The notes under the pieces were generated by a model. That model saw nothing but the letters and a program-made list of their open reading frames with translations. It was not told the DNA's origin and ran no database searches. The position numbers were made by a program, and so were the translations under genes. A DNA stretch of 64,000 bases from Obrimoposthia wandeli (lineage: Eukaryota): positions 124,001 to 188,000 of the forward strand of contig CDROCS010006357.1 of the NCBI GenBank assembly GCA_977020255.1, read 5' to 3'. Each line of letters begins with the position of its first letter. Position 1 is the stretch's first letter. Below are positions 46,004 through 57,747 of this stretch, one piece after another.

Positions 46004-47301
46004 GCTGGATTCTCCTCTGAGCTGAGTGTTTTAACTTTACTGCGTAAGCGTTCGCTGATCAGATCTGAGATAATGGGTTGTGACTGTAATTTGTTTGGGT
46101 AGCTGGCTTCAATGTTTTCTTTAGCGAGCTGATCCAACGTATTAATAAAGCTTTGTGTGGCAGGATCGTCAATATTATAGAACTGCTCTGCCCATTGTTT
46201 AGCCATGGTTAGCGATGTTGTATAAACCTCACCTTGTTCGCGATACACCGAGCGAATAGCCGTTTCTAGCTTCGATTTAATATTTTCTTGCAAGTAGAAG
46301 TCTTGCTTAGGTGAAAGCAGAGGAATAACGCTGCCATCGCGTTGGCGGTATGTGACAAAGTGCTCGCTGAAGTTTGTCAGTGATGTTTTAAGGTTGGTTT
46401 GCCAATCATCAACAGAGGTTGAAACTGCATTCTCTTCAACGGCTTCAGCTTCTGGAATAATCGCATTGGCCAGCGGTAGGGCTTCGACTTGTTCTTGTAA
46501 GCTTGTTAAGCGGAGTACTAAACCATCGCGATCAATACGGGCAACCGCCTTCAATGAAGTAATGTCGTTGCTCATCGCTTTACGCACGTTACGTAGGCTT
46601 GGGTCGTTTAATTCTGCAATGCGATGATCGGCAGATTCAAGCAGTGTGGTTGCACTAATCACATCATGTTCAAGCCATAATTTACGACCTGCCATTTTGA
46701 TTAAATAATCTGCTTCTGCAAGTAGCCAGTCGTTAGGGCGGCGACCTTCCATTTCAGATAAGGCAAGTTGTAAGCTAGAGATAGATTTATCTTGCTGCTC
46801 AATCACAACTTGTGTGCGTTGTAGGCTTTGATCAACCTGTCCCATGGTTTCTTGTTGGCTGGTTTGTACTTGGTTGGTGACGTTAGCTATTTGCTGTTGT
46901 AGCGCAGCAATTTGAGCTTCTTGTGCAAGACTTTGCTGGTGACCGTGGTAATACAAACCAGCGCCAAGTGCGATAACAAGAGCAATGGCGATAGCCCCTG
47001 TTTTACTGCCACTTTTCTTTTCTGCTGGTGGCGTTGCCGGCTTAGCTGCTGCTTTTTTCTCTGAGGTATTGGTCTCAGCTTTTGCTTCAGTCGCTTTTTT
47101 GGCTTCAGTAGCTTTAGATGCAGCTGAAGAACTTACCGTTGAAGCCGTTTTATTGGCTTCAGCTTTAGCTGCTTCACGTTGTGTAGAGGTTTGCGGTGCC
47201 TGTGCTTTCGCACTTGATTGGCCCTGCTTATTTGTTGTTTTTGACCCTGCAGCTTGGTTGTTAGTTGCAGCGTTATCATTATTGGTTTTTTTATCAGTCA
47301 T
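46000..47301 (-). CDS. hemX: HemX
   Basis: DWLLAEADYL..AGRKLWL, LLSPKQDFYLQEN; long low-complexity N-terminus. Confidence 0.9.
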   Translation of the reverse strand: MTDKKTNNDNAATNNQAAGSKTTNKQGQSSAKAQAPQTSTQREAAKAEANKTASTVSSSAASKATEAKKATEAKAETNTSEKKAAAKPATPPAEKKSGSKTGAIAIALVIALGAGLYYHGHQQSLAQEAQIAALQQQIANVTNQVQTSQQETMGQVDQSLQRTQVVIEQQDKSISSLQLALSEMEGRRPNDWLLAEADYLIKMAGRKLWLEHDVISATTLLESADHRIAELNDPSLRNVRKAMSNDITSLKAVARIDRDGLVLRLTSLQEQVEALPLANAIIPEAEAVEENAVSTSVDDWQTNLKTSLTNFSEHFVTYRQRDGSVIPLLSPKQDFYLQENIKSKLETAIRSVYREQGEVYTTSLTMAKQWAEQFYNIDDPATQSFINTLDQLAKENIEASYPNKLQSQPIISDLISERLRSKVKTLSSEENPA

Positions 47302-47305
47302 CCGA

Positions 47306-48061
47306 TTATCCCATCGAGCCTATCTTACTTAGGAACGTGAAGAGTGCTTTATTTGAAGCGCTACCCACGGTGGAAAAATTTTTATAACCAAGGTTTTTGG
47401 CTTGGTTAGCAATACGCTGGCTTGGTACGAAAAGGTGACATTGAAAAAACCAAGTCAGATATTGTTTTGGAACTAAATGTGTTAAATACGTGAGTTGTTC
47501 ACCGCTCGTCACCACTAACGTTGACACATTCTGTGCCTGCCAAGTGCGGCAAAGTGCCTCTCCATTTAATGCTAGCCAAGTGCGCTGGTAAGTTTCACAG
47601 TAACTTACTTTTGCATTGCGTTCTGTTAGCGTTTGATGGATCAGTTCTCGCCCGCCATTTCCTCGTAAAATAAGAATTTGGCGGCCAGTTACATTCGCCA
47701 ATTCAGGCAGTGCGAGTAACCCTTCGCTATCGCAACGCGCCTGTGGAGAGATGACCTTTTGACCTGTCGCTCTCTTTAACGTTACGGCGGTTTTATGTCC
47801 AACGGCTATATAATGCACGTTTTTTGGCCAGCAAACACCCTGCGATATCAAATAATTATGAGCCAAATTGACGGCATGAACACTGATAACAATCAGAAAA
47901 TCATCAGTTTTCAACTTTTTTAGCTGATAAATCAAGTCTGGCAGTTCATTACCAGCCTTGATTGTGAGTAACGGTTGAGCAATCGCATTGATCCCCGCAG
48001 CATTGAGTTGCTGGGTTAGTTCGTGGCAATCCGGTTCAGGACGGGTGATCAATATGCTCAT
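47306..48061 (-). CDS. hemD: Uroporphyrinogen-III synthase
   Basis: ILITRP, AVGHKT, SEGLL, ILRGNGGREL, VTSGE. Confidence 0.93.
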   Translation of the reverse strand: MSILITRPEPDCHELTQQLNAAGINAIAQPLLTIKAGNELPDLIYQLKKLKTDDFLIVISVHAVNLAHNYLISQGVCWPKNVHYIAVGHKTAVTLKRATGQKVISPQARCDSEGLLALPELANVTGRQILILRGNGGRELIHQTLTERNAKVSYCETYQRTWLALNGEALCRTWQAQNVSTLVVTSGEQLTYLTHLVPKQYLTWFFQCHLFVPSQRIANQAKNLGYKNFSTVGSASNKALFTFLSKIGSMG

Positions 48062-48993
48062 TATGCGTTGCCGTAAAGCTCGTCTAAAATCTCTTTCGCA
48101 CCGTCAGCCAATAACTGTTCAGCGAGTTGGGTGCCTAATGCTTCACCATCAACGGCAGGCCCCGTAATTTCACCCCGAACCATTTTGCTGCCATCAGGTT
48201 CACCGACTAAGGCACGCAACCAAATTTGATCACCTTGTAGCTCAGAGTAACTGCCGATAGGCACTTGGCAGCCACCTTGCAGGCGGTTGTTCATTGCGCG
48301 CTCACAGAAAATACGTGTTGCTGTTTCATGGTGATTAAGGGTTGCTAATAGTGCTATAACGCGTTGGTCATCAAGACGACATTCAATGCCTACAGCGCCT
48401 TGACCTACCGCGGGTAGACTTTCTTCTGGCTCAATAGCAGAGCGAATGCGATCATGCATTTTTAAACGCATTAGTCCTGCACATGCCAGAATGATAGCGT
48501 CATACTGACCTTCGTCGAGCTTACGCAGACGTGTATTCACGTTGCCGCGTAAATCATTAATGATTAAATCTGGTCGTTGTGCGCGAAGTTGGCACTGTCG
48601 GCGCAGGCTAGATGTGCCGACAATGGAGCCCGCAGGCAATTCTGCAATACTGTTGTAGGAATTCGATACGAATGCATCGCGTGGGTCTTCGCGTTCACAG
48701 ATCGTCACAAGACCAAGACCTTCCGGAAATTCAACAGGAACATCTTTCATTGAGTGTACTGCGATATCTGCACGCCCTTCCAACATTGCTACTTCGAGTT
48801 CTTTAACGAATAGACCTTTACCGCCAACCTTGGCAAGTGGAGTATCCAGAATAATGTCGCCTTTGGTTACCATTGGCACCAATTCAACCACTAAGCCTGG
48901 ATGTGCTTTTTCCAGTTCTGCCTGTACAAATTCAGCTTGCCACATTGCAAGTGGGCTTTTACGAGTAGCAATGCGGATCGGTTTATCGGTCAT
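48061..48993 (-). CDS. hemC: Hydroxymethylbilane synthase
   Basis: [37 protein letters not shown]. Confidence 0.97.
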   Translation of the reverse strand: MTDKPIRIATRKSPLAMWQAEFVQAELEKAHPGLVVELVPMVTKGDIILDTPLAKVGGKGLFVKELEVAMLEGRADIAVHSMKDVPVEFPEGLGLVTICEREDPRDAFVSNSYNSIAELPAGSIVGTSSLRRQCQLRAQRPDLIINDLRGNVNTRLRKLDEGQYDAIILACAGLMRLKMHDRIRSAIEPEESLPAVGQGAVGIECRLDDQRVIALLATLNHHETATRIFCERAMNNRLQGGCQVPIGSYSELQGDQIWLRALVGEPDGSKMVRGEITGPAVDGEALGTQLAEQLLADGAKEILDELYGNA

Positions 48994-49116
48994 AAAATAG
49001 GGTCCATAAAATTCGCGTCAATCACACTAATCGTACCATTCAAGGGGCTGGATGATAATTCACTTATTGTGCTCAGTGCGTTCACGCAGTATTGTCTTGA
49101 TATGTGCTGTAAATAA

Positions 49117-49132
49117 TGTGATATTTATCACA
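49117..49132. promoter_or_regulatory. CRP site, perfect core TGTGA-N6-TCACA
   Basis: tgtga-tattta-tcaca in the hemC/cyaA divergent region. Confidence 0.8.
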
Positions 49133-49287
49133 CAATCTTCAGGTGGAAAAAGTATTACAGTGACGTTACTTGTGGCTTAACTCGTATATACTAGCTTGAA
49201 GGAACAAAGGATAGACCATTTAGTTTTATTGCTAGCCATTAATAAACTGTCACAAATCGTCACTAACTTTACGGTTATAGTAAAAAG

Positions 49288-49303
49288 TGTTACATTGATC
49301 ACG
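49288..49303. promoter_or_regulatory. CRP site of cyaA (autorepression-type)
   Basis: tgtta-cattga-tcacg, near-identical to the E. coli cyaA P2 CRP site. Confidence 0.75.
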
Positions 49304-49388
49304 TTTTTGCTTCTGTGTAGAACAAAAACTACACTAATAGTGACAAGATTTGAGCCGCTTTCACGCTGGCAGCTCTTGGAAGAGTAAT

Positions 49389-51962
49389 TTGCATAACTAT
49401 ATCCAGACGCTAAAAAATAGATTAAATGGACATAATCAGCTGCGCATTGAACGTGCGCGAGCAGCGATGAATGTGCAATCTGAGCAGGTTTTTGACCTGC
49501 TATCTATACTGCTTCACTATAATCACCCAGCAGTACCAGGATACCTTGAGCAAGAGGTACCAATTGGTATTGCTAATTTTGCCGTATCTACGGTTCAACA
49601 GCAATTTATCGATGATTGTGGCTTGAGCGCGAAAAGTCTTATCCCGACCACTCAAATCAACGATTCAGAGTGCCCAATCACTGGCTTATATGCCATGGGT
49701 AGTACGTCATCTATCGGACAAAGTCTAACCAGTGACCTTGATATCTGGGTCTGCATTCGTACGAAACTTTCAGTGAGCAGTCGTGAAATATTAGATGCTA
49801 AATGTTCATTGGTTTCTGAATGGGCAATGACACTAGGCGTAGAAGCCAATTTCTTCCTGATTGATGAAAATCGTTTTCGCGACAACTTTTCCGAAAAAAT
49901 GACCGGTGAAAACTGTGGCTCAAGCCAGCATTTATTGTTACTTGATGAGTTTTATCGTTCAGCAGTTTGCCTTGCTGGTCAGCCTTTGTTGTGGTTTATG
50001 GTGCCACCAGAGATGGAAGAGTGTTACGACGAATATATCGAGTATTTAGTCTCTGCTGGGTACATTCGTCGTGATGAGTGGATTGATTTTGGTGGTCTGA
50101 CGCGCATTCCTGCTGAAGAGTATTTTGGTTCTAGTTTATGGCAGCTTTATAAAAGTATCGATTCGCCGTACAAGTCGGTATTAAAAGCCATTTTACTGGA
50201 AGCCTATTCTTGGGAATATCCGCATACACAATTATTGAGTGTTGATGGTAAACGTCGTTTCTTCTCTGAAGATCGTACAGATTTCTGTATGGATGCGTAT
50301 TACCTGATGCTAGAAAAAGTGACCCGTTACCTTGAACGAATTAACGATCATCGCCGTTTAGATTTGGTTCGTCGCTGTTTTTACCTGAAGACCCATGAAA
50401 AACTCACGCGTGAGCCTTCTTCTGGTTCGGTGCCTTGGCGTCGAAAGGTGCTTCAGCAGCTCACGACGGATTGGCATTGGTCACAAGAGGTATTGGAAGA
50501 GTTAGATAATCGTCGTAATTGGAAAGTCGGACAAGTAAAACGTGCGCATAATGAATTACTTGATGCCCTGATGCTCAGTTATCGAAATTTGATTCGTTTT
50601 GCTCGTCGCAACAATATTACCTCGGCAATTAGCCCAGAAGATATCAGTATCTTAGCGCGTAAGTTATACGCTGCTTTTGAGGTGCTGCCTGGTAAGGTTA
50701 CGTTACTCAATCCACAGATTTCGCCTGATTTACATGAACCCGACCTTACGTTGATTCGGGTGCCTGCAGGTCGTACGAATACTGCAGGGTGGTATTTGTA
50801 TAAACAGCCGCTAGATCCGTTTGCGATTTTAGGGCAACCGTCGTTAGAACATAACCGTTACCTCAGTAAGCTGGTGGCATGGGCATATTTTAATGGCTTG
50901 CTGACAGAATCGACCTGTTTACACAATGTGGCGAATGGCACGGATATGGACATTGATAAGTTGTATCAACTTGTGAGTGATATTCGAAATACCTTCCCAA
51001 TTCGTCGTCCCAATCCTGGGTTACAGGCGCTATCAAGTCCATGTGAAATTCGTCAACTAGGGTTATTCATTAATTTGGAAAATGACCCAACGACAGAGTT
51101 GAAAAACCGTTCGGTACGTTTTGACTTTAAAAACACCGATATTTTCAGTTACGGCACAGAGCAGAAATGCTTAGTGGGCAGTGTTGATTTGGTTTACCGT
51201 AATTCGTGGAATGAAGTGCGTACGCTGAATTTTAGCGGCGAAAATTCGATGTTAGATGCATTAAAAACCATATTGGGAAAAATGCATCAAGATGCCATTC
51301 CACCAGAATCGGTAGACGTATTTTGCTATAGCAAGCATATGCGCGGTTTAATTCGTAACTTGGTTTATCAGTTGGTAGCCGAGTGTATTGAAATGCGTTT
51401 AAAGCCGATAGAACAAGAAAAACGCCGTCGCTTTAAAGCCATTTGTATTGGTGATCAAACTCACGGGCTGTTTTTTGAACGTCGTGGTGTATCAGTGCAA
51501 AAACTGGAAAACTCGGTTGATTTCTATAGCTGTATTTCGACCAACAAGCTAACAGGTACACCCAATGTTGTTATGGGTAAAATGGATGAACCGCATCCGC
51601 CTGAAATTGTTGATGCGTATGCGAGTGAAGGTTTAATCCAATTTTTCTTTGAAGATTGCGAAGACGGTTACAATATTTATATTCTTGATGAGACGAACCG
51701 TATCGAAATGTATCGCCAGTGCAGCGGTGATAAAGATGAAATGGTGCATGGGGTAAATCGCTTTTACACCTCATCGCAAGATCGCTTTAGTTATAGTGCG
51801 AATTTCATTAATTTTAATTTGCCACAATTTTACGAAATTGTGCATACCGATAAAGGTGAGTTGCAAGTCATGCCATTTAAGAGTGGGCAGCAAGCTCCGC
51901 GTCGCCCTACTGGTATTAACCCGCAAGCATCAAAGATATCTTTATTATCACGCCAATCTTGA
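49389..51962 (+). CDS. cyaA: Class I adenylate cyclase
   Basis: [26 protein letters not shown]; TTG start at 49389, as in E. coli. Confidence 0.96.
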   Translation: MHNYIQTLKNRLNGHNQLRIERARAAMNVQSEQVFDLLSILLHYNHPAVPGYLEQEVPIGIANFAVSTVQQQFIDDCGLSAKSLIPTTQINDSECPITGLYAMGSTSSIGQSLTSDLDIWVCIRTKLSVSSREILDAKCSLVSEWAMTLGVEANFFLIDENRFRDNFSEKMTGENCGSSQHLLLLDEFYRSAVCLAGQPLLWFMVPPEMEECYDEYIEYLVSAGYIRRDEWIDFGGLTRIPAEEYFGSSLWQLYKSIDSPYKSVLKAILLEAYSWEYPHTQLLSVDGKRRFFSEDRTDFCMDAYYLMLEKVTRYLERINDHRRLDLVRRCFYLKTHEKLTREPSSGSVPWRRKVLQQLTTDWHWSQEVLEELDNRRNWKVGQVKRAHNELLDALMLSYRNLIRFARRNNITSAISPEDISILARKLYAAFEVLPGKVTLLNPQISPDLHEPDLTLIRVPAGRTNTAGWYLYKQPLDPFAILGQPSLEHNRYLSKLVAWAYFNGLLTESTCLHNVANGTDMDIDKLYQLVSDIRNTFPIRRPNPGLQALSSPCEIRQLGLFINLENDPTTELKNRSVRFDFKNTDIFSYGTEQKCLVGSVDLVYRNSWNEVRTLNFSGENSMLDALKTILGKMHQDAIPPESVDVFCYSKHMRGLIRNLVYQLVAECIEMRLKPIEQEKRRRFKAICIGDQTHGLFFERRGVSVQKLENSVDFYSCISTNKLTGTPNVVMGKMDEPHPPEIVDAYASEGLIQFFFEDCEDGYNIYILDETNRIEMYRQCSGDKDEMVHGVNRFYTSSQDRFSYSANFINFNLPQFYEIVHTDKGELQVMPFKSGQQAPRRPTGINPQASKISLLSRQS

Positions 51963-51999
51963 TTATTGCTTGTAGTAGATTGAAATAACAAATTTTTAT

Positions 52000-52030
52000 A
52001 AAAAAGCCTTCAGTGATGAAGGCTTTTTTT
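52000..52030. terminator. Bidirectional terminator cyaA/cyaY
   Basis: aaaaaagccttca-gtga-tgaaggcttttttt. Confidence 0.88.
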
Positions 52031-52047
52031 ATAGGTAAAATTGTTGG

Positions 52048-52362
52048 CTATGACCAATCAACAGCCTCGCCTGCGTGAACAGAGCATTCACGTTTAACGA
52101 GTGCGAAAAACTCTTCACCACTGCGCGTACAGTGCCATTCTCCGTTATTGTATTTAAAGTGATACCCACCCGATTTAGAGGCTAACCACAGTTCATGCAG
52201 TGGTTCTTGGCGGTTAATTACTATCTGGCTGCGGTTCTCAAATTCCAGTGTAAGTACATTCCCTGTCGTTTCAGATTCGATATCTGCACCTGATTCATCG
52301 ATGCCTTCTTCGATGATCATAAGGGCATGATCGACTAACTTATGAAATTCAGTGTCATTCAT
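52048..52362 (-). CDS. cyaY: Iron donor frataxin homolog
   Basis: MNDTEFH, GNVLTLEF, VINRQEP, LWLASKSGGYHF. Confidence 0.95.
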   Translation of the reverse strand: MNDTEFHKLVDHALMIIEEGIDESGADIESETTGNVLTLEFENRSQIVINRQEPLHELWLASKSGGYHFKYNNGEWHCTRSGEEFFALVKRECSVHAGEAVDWS

Positions 52363-52440
52363 CACATTGCGTCCTATTGCTTTTCATATTCTTGGTGCGA
52401 TTATAGAGGGCATTGAAATGATAATCACTGGCTTTCAAAA

Positions 52441-52617
52441 ATGCATAAAGGTTTATTAGTAAGTTTAGTTGTGAGTGTTTTCGTTTTAGCTGGCTGTGGG
52501 CAAAGCGGTGGGCTGTATATGCCTGAAGCTACACCACAGCAAAAAGAGCAACAACAGACACAAACACAGCAAGAATCTCAGCAGCAACAATCACAAGAGC
52601 AGCAAGTGCAATTGTAA
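52441..52617 (+). CDS. lptM: LptM/YifL lipoprotein with Gln-rich tail (58 aa; not in ORF track)
   Basis: Manual translation MHKGLLVSLVVSVFVLAGC-GQSGGLYMP..; lipobox LAGC; position between cyaY and lysA/dapF. Confidence 0.85.
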   Translation: MHKGLLVSLVVSVFVLAGCGQSGGLYMPEATPQQKEQQQTQTQQESQQQQSQEQQVQL

Positions 52618-52668
52618 TGATGGCTCATTGATAAAATAACAAAGCGACCAGACAGGGAAGAAACAACT

Positions 52669-53919
52669 TTGGATTACTTTAACTACCAATCGAACGGCCA
52701 ATTGTGGGCCGAAGACATCGCATTAACCGAGCTTGCTGAACGCTATGGTACGCCATTGTATGTGTACTCTCGTGCCACGCTTGAGCGTCACTGGAATGCA
52801 TTCGATCAAGCCGTAACTGATCACCCTCATCTAATTTGCTATGCGGTAAAAGCCAATTCGAATATTGGTGTGCTGAACGTATTAGCACGATTAGGTTCAG
52901 GCTTTGATATTGTCTCTCAAGGTGAACTTGAGCGTGTTATTGCAGCGGGCGGTGATCCTGCCAAAGTGGTGTTCTCTGGGGTGGGCAAAACCGCAGTAGA
53001 AATGAAGCGTGCGTTAGAGTTGGGTATTAAGTGTTTTAATGTTGAGTCTGAACCTGAACTTGAACGCTTGAATCAAGTGGCAAATGAGCTGGAAGTTATA
53101 GCACCGATTTCGTTACGCATTAATCCGGATGTTGATGCACAAACGCACCCTTATATCTCAACAGGCTTGCGTGATAATAAATTCGGTATCTTTTTTGAGC
53201 GTGCGGTTGAAGTCTACCGATTGGCACATAGCCTACCCAATCTGAACGTGGTGGGTATGGATTGCCATATTGGTTCTCAGCTAACCAATCTCACCCCTTT
53301 TATTGATGCGACAGATCGCTTATTGGCCTTGATCGATACATTGAAAGCGGAAGGTATTGTGATTAAGCACCTTGATGTTGGTGGTGGCTTAGGCGTGACA
53401 TACAATGAAGAGCAACCGCCGTTGCCGTCTGAGTATGCCTCTGCGTTGCTAGCACGTTTAGGTGAGCATTCTGATCTGGAGTTGATCTTTGAGCCGGGTC
53501 GCGCCATTGCGGCGAATGCCGGTGTATTATTGACCCGCGTAGAATTTTTAAAGCACACTGATTACAAGAATTTCGCGATTGTCGATGTGGCAATGAATGA
53601 CTTAATTCGCCCAACCTTATATCAAGCATGGCAAAACATCGTGCCAGTTGTACCTCGTGAAGGTGAAGCACAAACGTATGATTTGGTGGGGCCTATCTGT
53701 GAAACTGGTGATTTCATTGGTAAAGATCGCGAGCTATGTCTTGCTCCTGGTGATTTACTCGCGGTGCGCTCAGCGGGTGCTTACGGTTTTGTTATGTCGT
53801 CTAACTACAATACACGTGCTCGTGCGGCAGAAATCATGGTCGATGGTAATACCGCTCATGTGGTACGTGAACGTGAAAAGCTTGCAGAACTATGGCAATC
53901 TGAACATCTATTGCCGTAA
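52669..53919 (+). CDS. lysA: Diaminopimelate decarboxylase
   Basis: YAVKAN PLP lysine, HIGSQ, EPGR, CETGD, GAYG. Confidence 0.96.
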   Translation: MDYFNYQSNGQLWAEDIALTELAERYGTPLYVYSRATLERHWNAFDQAVTDHPHLICYAVKANSNIGVLNVLARLGSGFDIVSQGELERVIAAGGDPAKVVFSGVGKTAVEMKRALELGIKCFNVESEPELERLNQVANELEVIAPISLRINPDVDAQTHPYISTGLRDNKFGIFFERAVEVYRLAHSLPNLNVVGMDCHIGSQLTNLTPFIDATDRLLALIDTLKAEGIVIKHLDVGGGLGVTYNEEQPPLPSEYASALLARLGEHSDLELIFEPGRAIAANAGVLLTRVEFLKHTDYKNFAIVDVAMNDLIRPTLYQAWQNIVPVVPREGEAQTYDLVGPICETGDFIGKDRELCLAPGDLLAVRSAGAYGFVMSSNYNTRARAAEIMVDGNTAHVVREREKLAELWQSEHLLP

Positions 53920-53955
53920 CCGTTGTACTAATGAATCATAACGAGAAGGAACATC

Positions 53956-54786
53956 ATGCAGATTAATTTTTCCAAAATGCATGGGCTGGGAAATGACTTC
54001 ATGGTGGTGGATTGTGTCACGCAGAATGTGTTTTTTTCGCCTGATGCAATAAGGCGTTTAGCTGATCGTCACCGTGGTATTGGTTTTGACCAGCTACTGG
54101 TGGTTGAGCCACCTTATGATCCTGAAACTGATTTCCATTATCGCATTTTTAACGCTGATGGAAGTGAAGTTGAACAGTGCGGCAACGGTGCCCGCTGTTT
54201 TGCCCGCTTTGTTTGGATGAAAGGGTTAACCAATAAGTATCAAGTGGCAGTAAGTACCAAAGCCGGCAAGATGCTATTGAAGCTAGAAAATGATAATCAG
54301 GTGACCGTTAATATGGGAATACCTGATTTTGAGCCAAGTAAGATCCCGTTTCGCGCTAAGCAGACAGAAAAAACTTACATCATGCGAGTGGGTGAACGCA
54401 CTTTATTTTGTGGCACCGTGAGTATGGGAAATCCGCACTGTGTAACCGTGGTCGATGATCTTGAGCTTACTGACATTGATACCCTTGGACCATTGATCGA
54501 ATCTCATGAGCGCTTTCCTGAGCGTGTTAATGCCGGTTTCATGCAGGTAGTCTCGCGCAGTGAGGTTAAATTACGGGTATACGAACGCGGAGCAGGTGAA
54601 ACGCAGGCTTGTGGTAGTGGTGCCTGTGCTGCTGTCGCGATTGGTCACCTTCAAGGTTTACTGGATGAAAATGTGAAAGTGAGCTTACCGGGTGGCAATT
54701 TGCACATTAGCTGGGCTGGAGAAGGTAAATCACTGTATATGACCGGACCGGTGGCGCATGTTTATGATGGACAAATAGTATTATGA
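53956..54786 (+). CDS. dapF: Diaminopimelate epimerase
   Basis: [29 protein letters not shown]. Confidence 0.97.
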   Translation: MQINFSKMHGLGNDFMVVDCVTQNVFFSPDAIRRLADRHRGIGFDQLLVVEPPYDPETDFHYRIFNADGSEVEQCGNGARCFARFVWMKGLTNKYQVAVSTKAGKMLLKLENDNQVTVNMGIPDFEPSKIPFRAKQTEKTYIMRVGERTLFCGTVSMGNPHCVTVVDDLELTDIDTLGPLIESHERFPERVNAGFMQVVSRSEVKLRVYERGAGETQACGSGACAAVAIGHLQGLLDENVKVSLPGGNLHISWAGEGKSLYMTGPVAHVYDGQIVL

Positions 54787-55484
54787 CCGATGTCTCACTA
54801 CAGGATGATGTAGCGTTACTTACCGATGCGCCATTGGATGATAAAAAGGTGGCGGAATATTTACTTAGCCACCTTGATTTCTTTGGTCTTCACCCTGATT
54901 TACTCACCCAGCTACGTATTCCGCACAACGAACGTGGTACGGTTTCGTTGGTTGAGATACAACTTGAACGGTTACGTAATCGCGTACAAGAACTTGAAGG
55001 TAACATTGGGAATCTAGTTTCTTTGGCGACGAAAAATAGCGAATTATTTTCGGTTTTTTCACAGGCGCAGCAAAAACTATTTCAAACCCATAATATTTAC
55101 CAAGCGTTAATTATATTAGATGATCTAAGTAATCAGCTTGGGTTGGAATTCAGTTTACGTTTGTTTGATAGCCTTGATGAGCAAATATTCTTAGAACGTC
55201 GGTTATTTGATAACTTCCGTAAATCACGTTTAGTGGCGCGCCCGGTTTATTTAGGACGATTACGCAAAACGGAAGCTGAGTTATTATTTGAACAACCACC
55301 ACAGTTAGGATCGTTTGTGGTGTTGCCGTTAGGTGTCGACCGTCTGATTGGTGTGCTGAGTTTCTCGAGCCCAGATGGCGGTCATTTTCAGCCTGAAATG
55401 GATACCATGTTTGTTGAACAATTGGCGTCAGTATTAACCCGTTTGATTCATCATTGGGAATACAGCCGAGAGGTTATCGATTGA
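54783..55484 (+). CDS. yigA: DUF484 family protein YigA
   Basis: [26 protein letters not shown]; between dapF and xerC. Confidence 0.88.
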   Translation: MTDVSLQDDVALLTDAPLDDKKVAEYLLSHLDFFGLHPDLLTQLRIPHNERGTVSLVEIQLERLRNRVQELEGNIGNLVSLATKNSELFSVFSQAQQKLFQTHNIYQALIILDDLSNQLGLEFSLRLFDSLDEQIFLERRLFDNFRKSRLVARPVYLGRLRKTEAELLFEQPPQLGSFVVLPLGVDRLIGVLSFSSPDGGHFQPEMDTMFVEQLASVLTRLIHHWEYSREVID

Positions 55485-56395
55485 GTAGCTTGCCAACCGC
55501 CTTTGAAAAACCCCTTCAACGTTTCTATGAATATATTCGTAGCGAACGTGAATTGAGTTTACATACCCAGCAGAATTATAAGCGTCAACTCTCTACAATC
55601 GCAGAGCAACTTGTGTCGTTTGAAGTAACCGATTGGACCATGGTTGATGCAGGCTGGGTACGTCAAATTGCCAGTAAAGGTATGCGTGATGGGCTGAAAG
55701 CCAGCAGTATTTCGATGCGATTGTCGGCCTTGCGCAGCTTTTTTGATTATTTAGTGCAGCAAGACATATTGAAAGCCAACCCAGCTAAAGGGGTGGCAGC
55801 ACCACGTAAAGCACGACCATTACCCAAGAATCTTGATGTTGATGAAATGAATCAGTTGCTTAGCGTCAATGAAGATGATCCACTATCGATTCGTGATCGT
55901 GCCATGATGGAATTGATGTACGGTGCAGGGTTACGTTTAGCTGAGCTGGTCAGTTTGAATGTGCGTGATATCAGCTTGAACAAAGGTGATATTCGCGTTA
56001 TCGGTAAAGGGGACAAAGAACGCATAGTACCTTTTGCGGGGCTTGCGCGTGAATGGGTTGCTAACTGGTTAAAAGTGCGTGGATCACTCGCGTCTGGTGA
56101 TGAGCCGGGTTTGTTTGTATCGAAATTAGGCACCCGTATCTCAACGCGTAACGTGCAGAAAAGAATGGCAGAATGGGGTCAGAAACAAGCTGTTTCAAGC
56201 CACATTAATCCACACAAACTGCGCCATAGTTTTGCGACCCATATGCTGGAATCCAGCGGTGATTTGCGTGCGGTGCAAGAACTTCTTGGCCATGCAAATT
56301 TATCAACCACTCAAATTTATACCCATCTAGACTTTCAGCATCTGGCTAAAGTGTATGATGAGGCACACCCTCGAGCCAAACGTGGCCGTCGCTAG
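55481..56395 (+). CDS. xerC: Tyrosine recombinase XerC
   Basis: [35 protein letters not shown]; TTG start overlapping the yigA stop. Confidence 0.95.
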   Translation: MSSLPTAFEKPLQRFYEYIRSERELSLHTQQNYKRQLSTIAEQLVSFEVTDWTMVDAGWVRQIASKGMRDGLKASSISMRLSALRSFFDYLVQQDILKANPAKGVAAPRKARPLPKNLDVDEMNQLLSVNEDDPLSIRDRAMMELMYGAGLRLAELVSLNVRDISLNKGDIRVIGKGDKERIVPFAGLAREWVANWLKVRGSLASGDEPGLFVSKLGTRISTRNVQKRMAEWGQKQAVSSHINPHKLRHSFATHMLESSGDLRAVQELLGHANLSTTQIYTHLDFQHLAKVYDEAHPRAKRGRR

Positions 56396-56467
56396 CGGCT
56401 AGTTCCCCACCTTGATTACAGGGCAGTTGTGTTCTGCCCTTATCGTTTTAGTTTTCTGAGGAAACAG

Positions 56468-57187
56468 ATGCAGTTTTATCGAAACCTTCAGCCGATCAAA
56501 GCCATGACGTTTGATTTAGACGATACGCTTTATGATAATCGTCCGGTTATCGTGCGTGCAGAACAAGCTATGTATGATTGGCTGGCAGAGTATCATCCGT
56601 GTAGCAACACCCTCACCAGGCAAGATTGGATGGCATTAAAGCAACATATTGCCATGGCTGATCCAATGCTTAAACATGATGTGACTTTGTGGCGTTACGA
56701 GCTGATAAAGATTGGCTTAATGCAATTAGGCTATCGTCTGATTGACGCTGAAAAAGCCGCTCACCATGGGCTAGAGGTGGTGCTTGCTGTTCGAAATCAG
56801 GTAGATGTACCAGCAGAAACACATCGGGTGCTGAGTGAGCTTGCACAACGTGTGCCTTTGTTGGCGATAACCAATGGTAATGTTGATGCGGATAAAATAG
56901 GGCTAGGGCAATATTTTTCACGGGTATTAGTGGCAGGTCGTGATGGCTTAGCTAAGCCAGCGCCAGATTTGTTTGCTCAAGCGGCGGCATTACTTGGGCT
57001 ACCCGCAGAGCACATATTACATGTGGGCGATCATTTAGTGACAGATGTTGGTGGGGCGAAAAAGAATGGCTTTCAGGCATGTTGGTATAACGATCAATTG
57101 CGCCAATTGCATTCGGAACCAAGAAGTCGGTTGCTTCCTGATGTCGAGATCGCTCAGTTAGCCCCTCTACTTGATCTCGTGCTTTGA
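56468..57187 (+). CDS. yigB: HAD phosphatase YigB
   Basis: FDLDDTL, ITNGN, KP, HVGD..TDV. Confidence 0.9.
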   Translation: MQFYRNLQPIKAMTFDLDDTLYDNRPVIVRAEQAMYDWLAEYHPCSNTLTRQDWMALKQHIAMADPMLKHDVTLWRYELIKIGLMQLGYRLIDAEKAAHHGLEVVLAVRNQVDVPAETHRVLSELAQRVPLLAITNGNVDADKIGLGQYFSRVLVAGRDGLAKPAPDLFAQAAALLGLPAEHILHVGDHLVTDVGGAKKNGFQACWYNDQLRQLHSEPRSRLLPDVEIAQLAPLLDLVL

Positions 57188-57227
57188 TATAAAAAAGAAT
57201 ACAGATTCAAGTAACGAATCAAAGAGC

Positions 57228-57253
57228 AAAAAGGCGATCAATGATCGCCTTTT
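57228..57253. terminator. Bidirectional terminator yigB / DoxX gene
   Basis: aaaaaggcgatca-a-tgatcgcctttt. Confidence 0.8.
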
Positions 57254-57285
57254 GTGATTATAGTGCTGAGTAACGAAACCCTAAG

Positions 57286-57747
57286 CTACTTAATCAAGCT
57301 ACGTTTAGGTTGCTCGTTACTGATTAAGCGATCAAGTGAAAATAGCCCAGCTCCCCAGAAGACATTCACTAAAATCATCATTCCCCATAGCTGGTGGTCA
57401 TAGAAGCCTTTTTCCCACAGTAGCGGATAAGAGGCAACAGCGATGATATTAAAGACAAATAAAATCAATGCCATTGGGCGAGTAAATAAACCAAGCGCTA
57501 AGAATACCGGTAAAATAAGCTCTGCGGCGGTGCCTGAATAAGCGGCTAACTGCCATGGGATAACGGGCACTTTATACTCATATTCGAATAAATACAGTGT
57601 ACTGTCCCAACTTGAAAACTTCACCATCCCTGATTTGAAGAAGACCCAAGCGACCCATAAACGTGTAAATAACAGTAAAAATGGCGTTAAGGGCTCAGCG
57701 ATTTTCTGACCAATATTATCGATACCTCGAATGAAATTCAGCATCAT
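57286..57747 (-). CDS. DoxX-family membrane protein (BufD-like)
   Basis: RLWVAWVFFKSG..K, LFEYEY, ELILPVFLALGLFTR; 4-nt overlap with the upstream gene. Confidence 0.88.
   Translation of the reverse strand: MMLNFIRGIDNIGQKIAEPLTPFLLLFTRLWVAWVFFKSGMVKFSSWDSTLYLFEYEYKVPVIPWQLAAYSGTAAELILPVFLALGLFTRPMALILFVFNIIAVASYPLLWEKGFYDHQLWGMMILVNVFWGAGLFSLDRLISNEQPKRSLIK

Noticed and set aside
55481-56395. Tyrosine recombinase as an island or prophage integrase for the RiPP islet
   Set aside because: It is chromosomal XerC in its usual dapF-yigA-xerC-yigB operon
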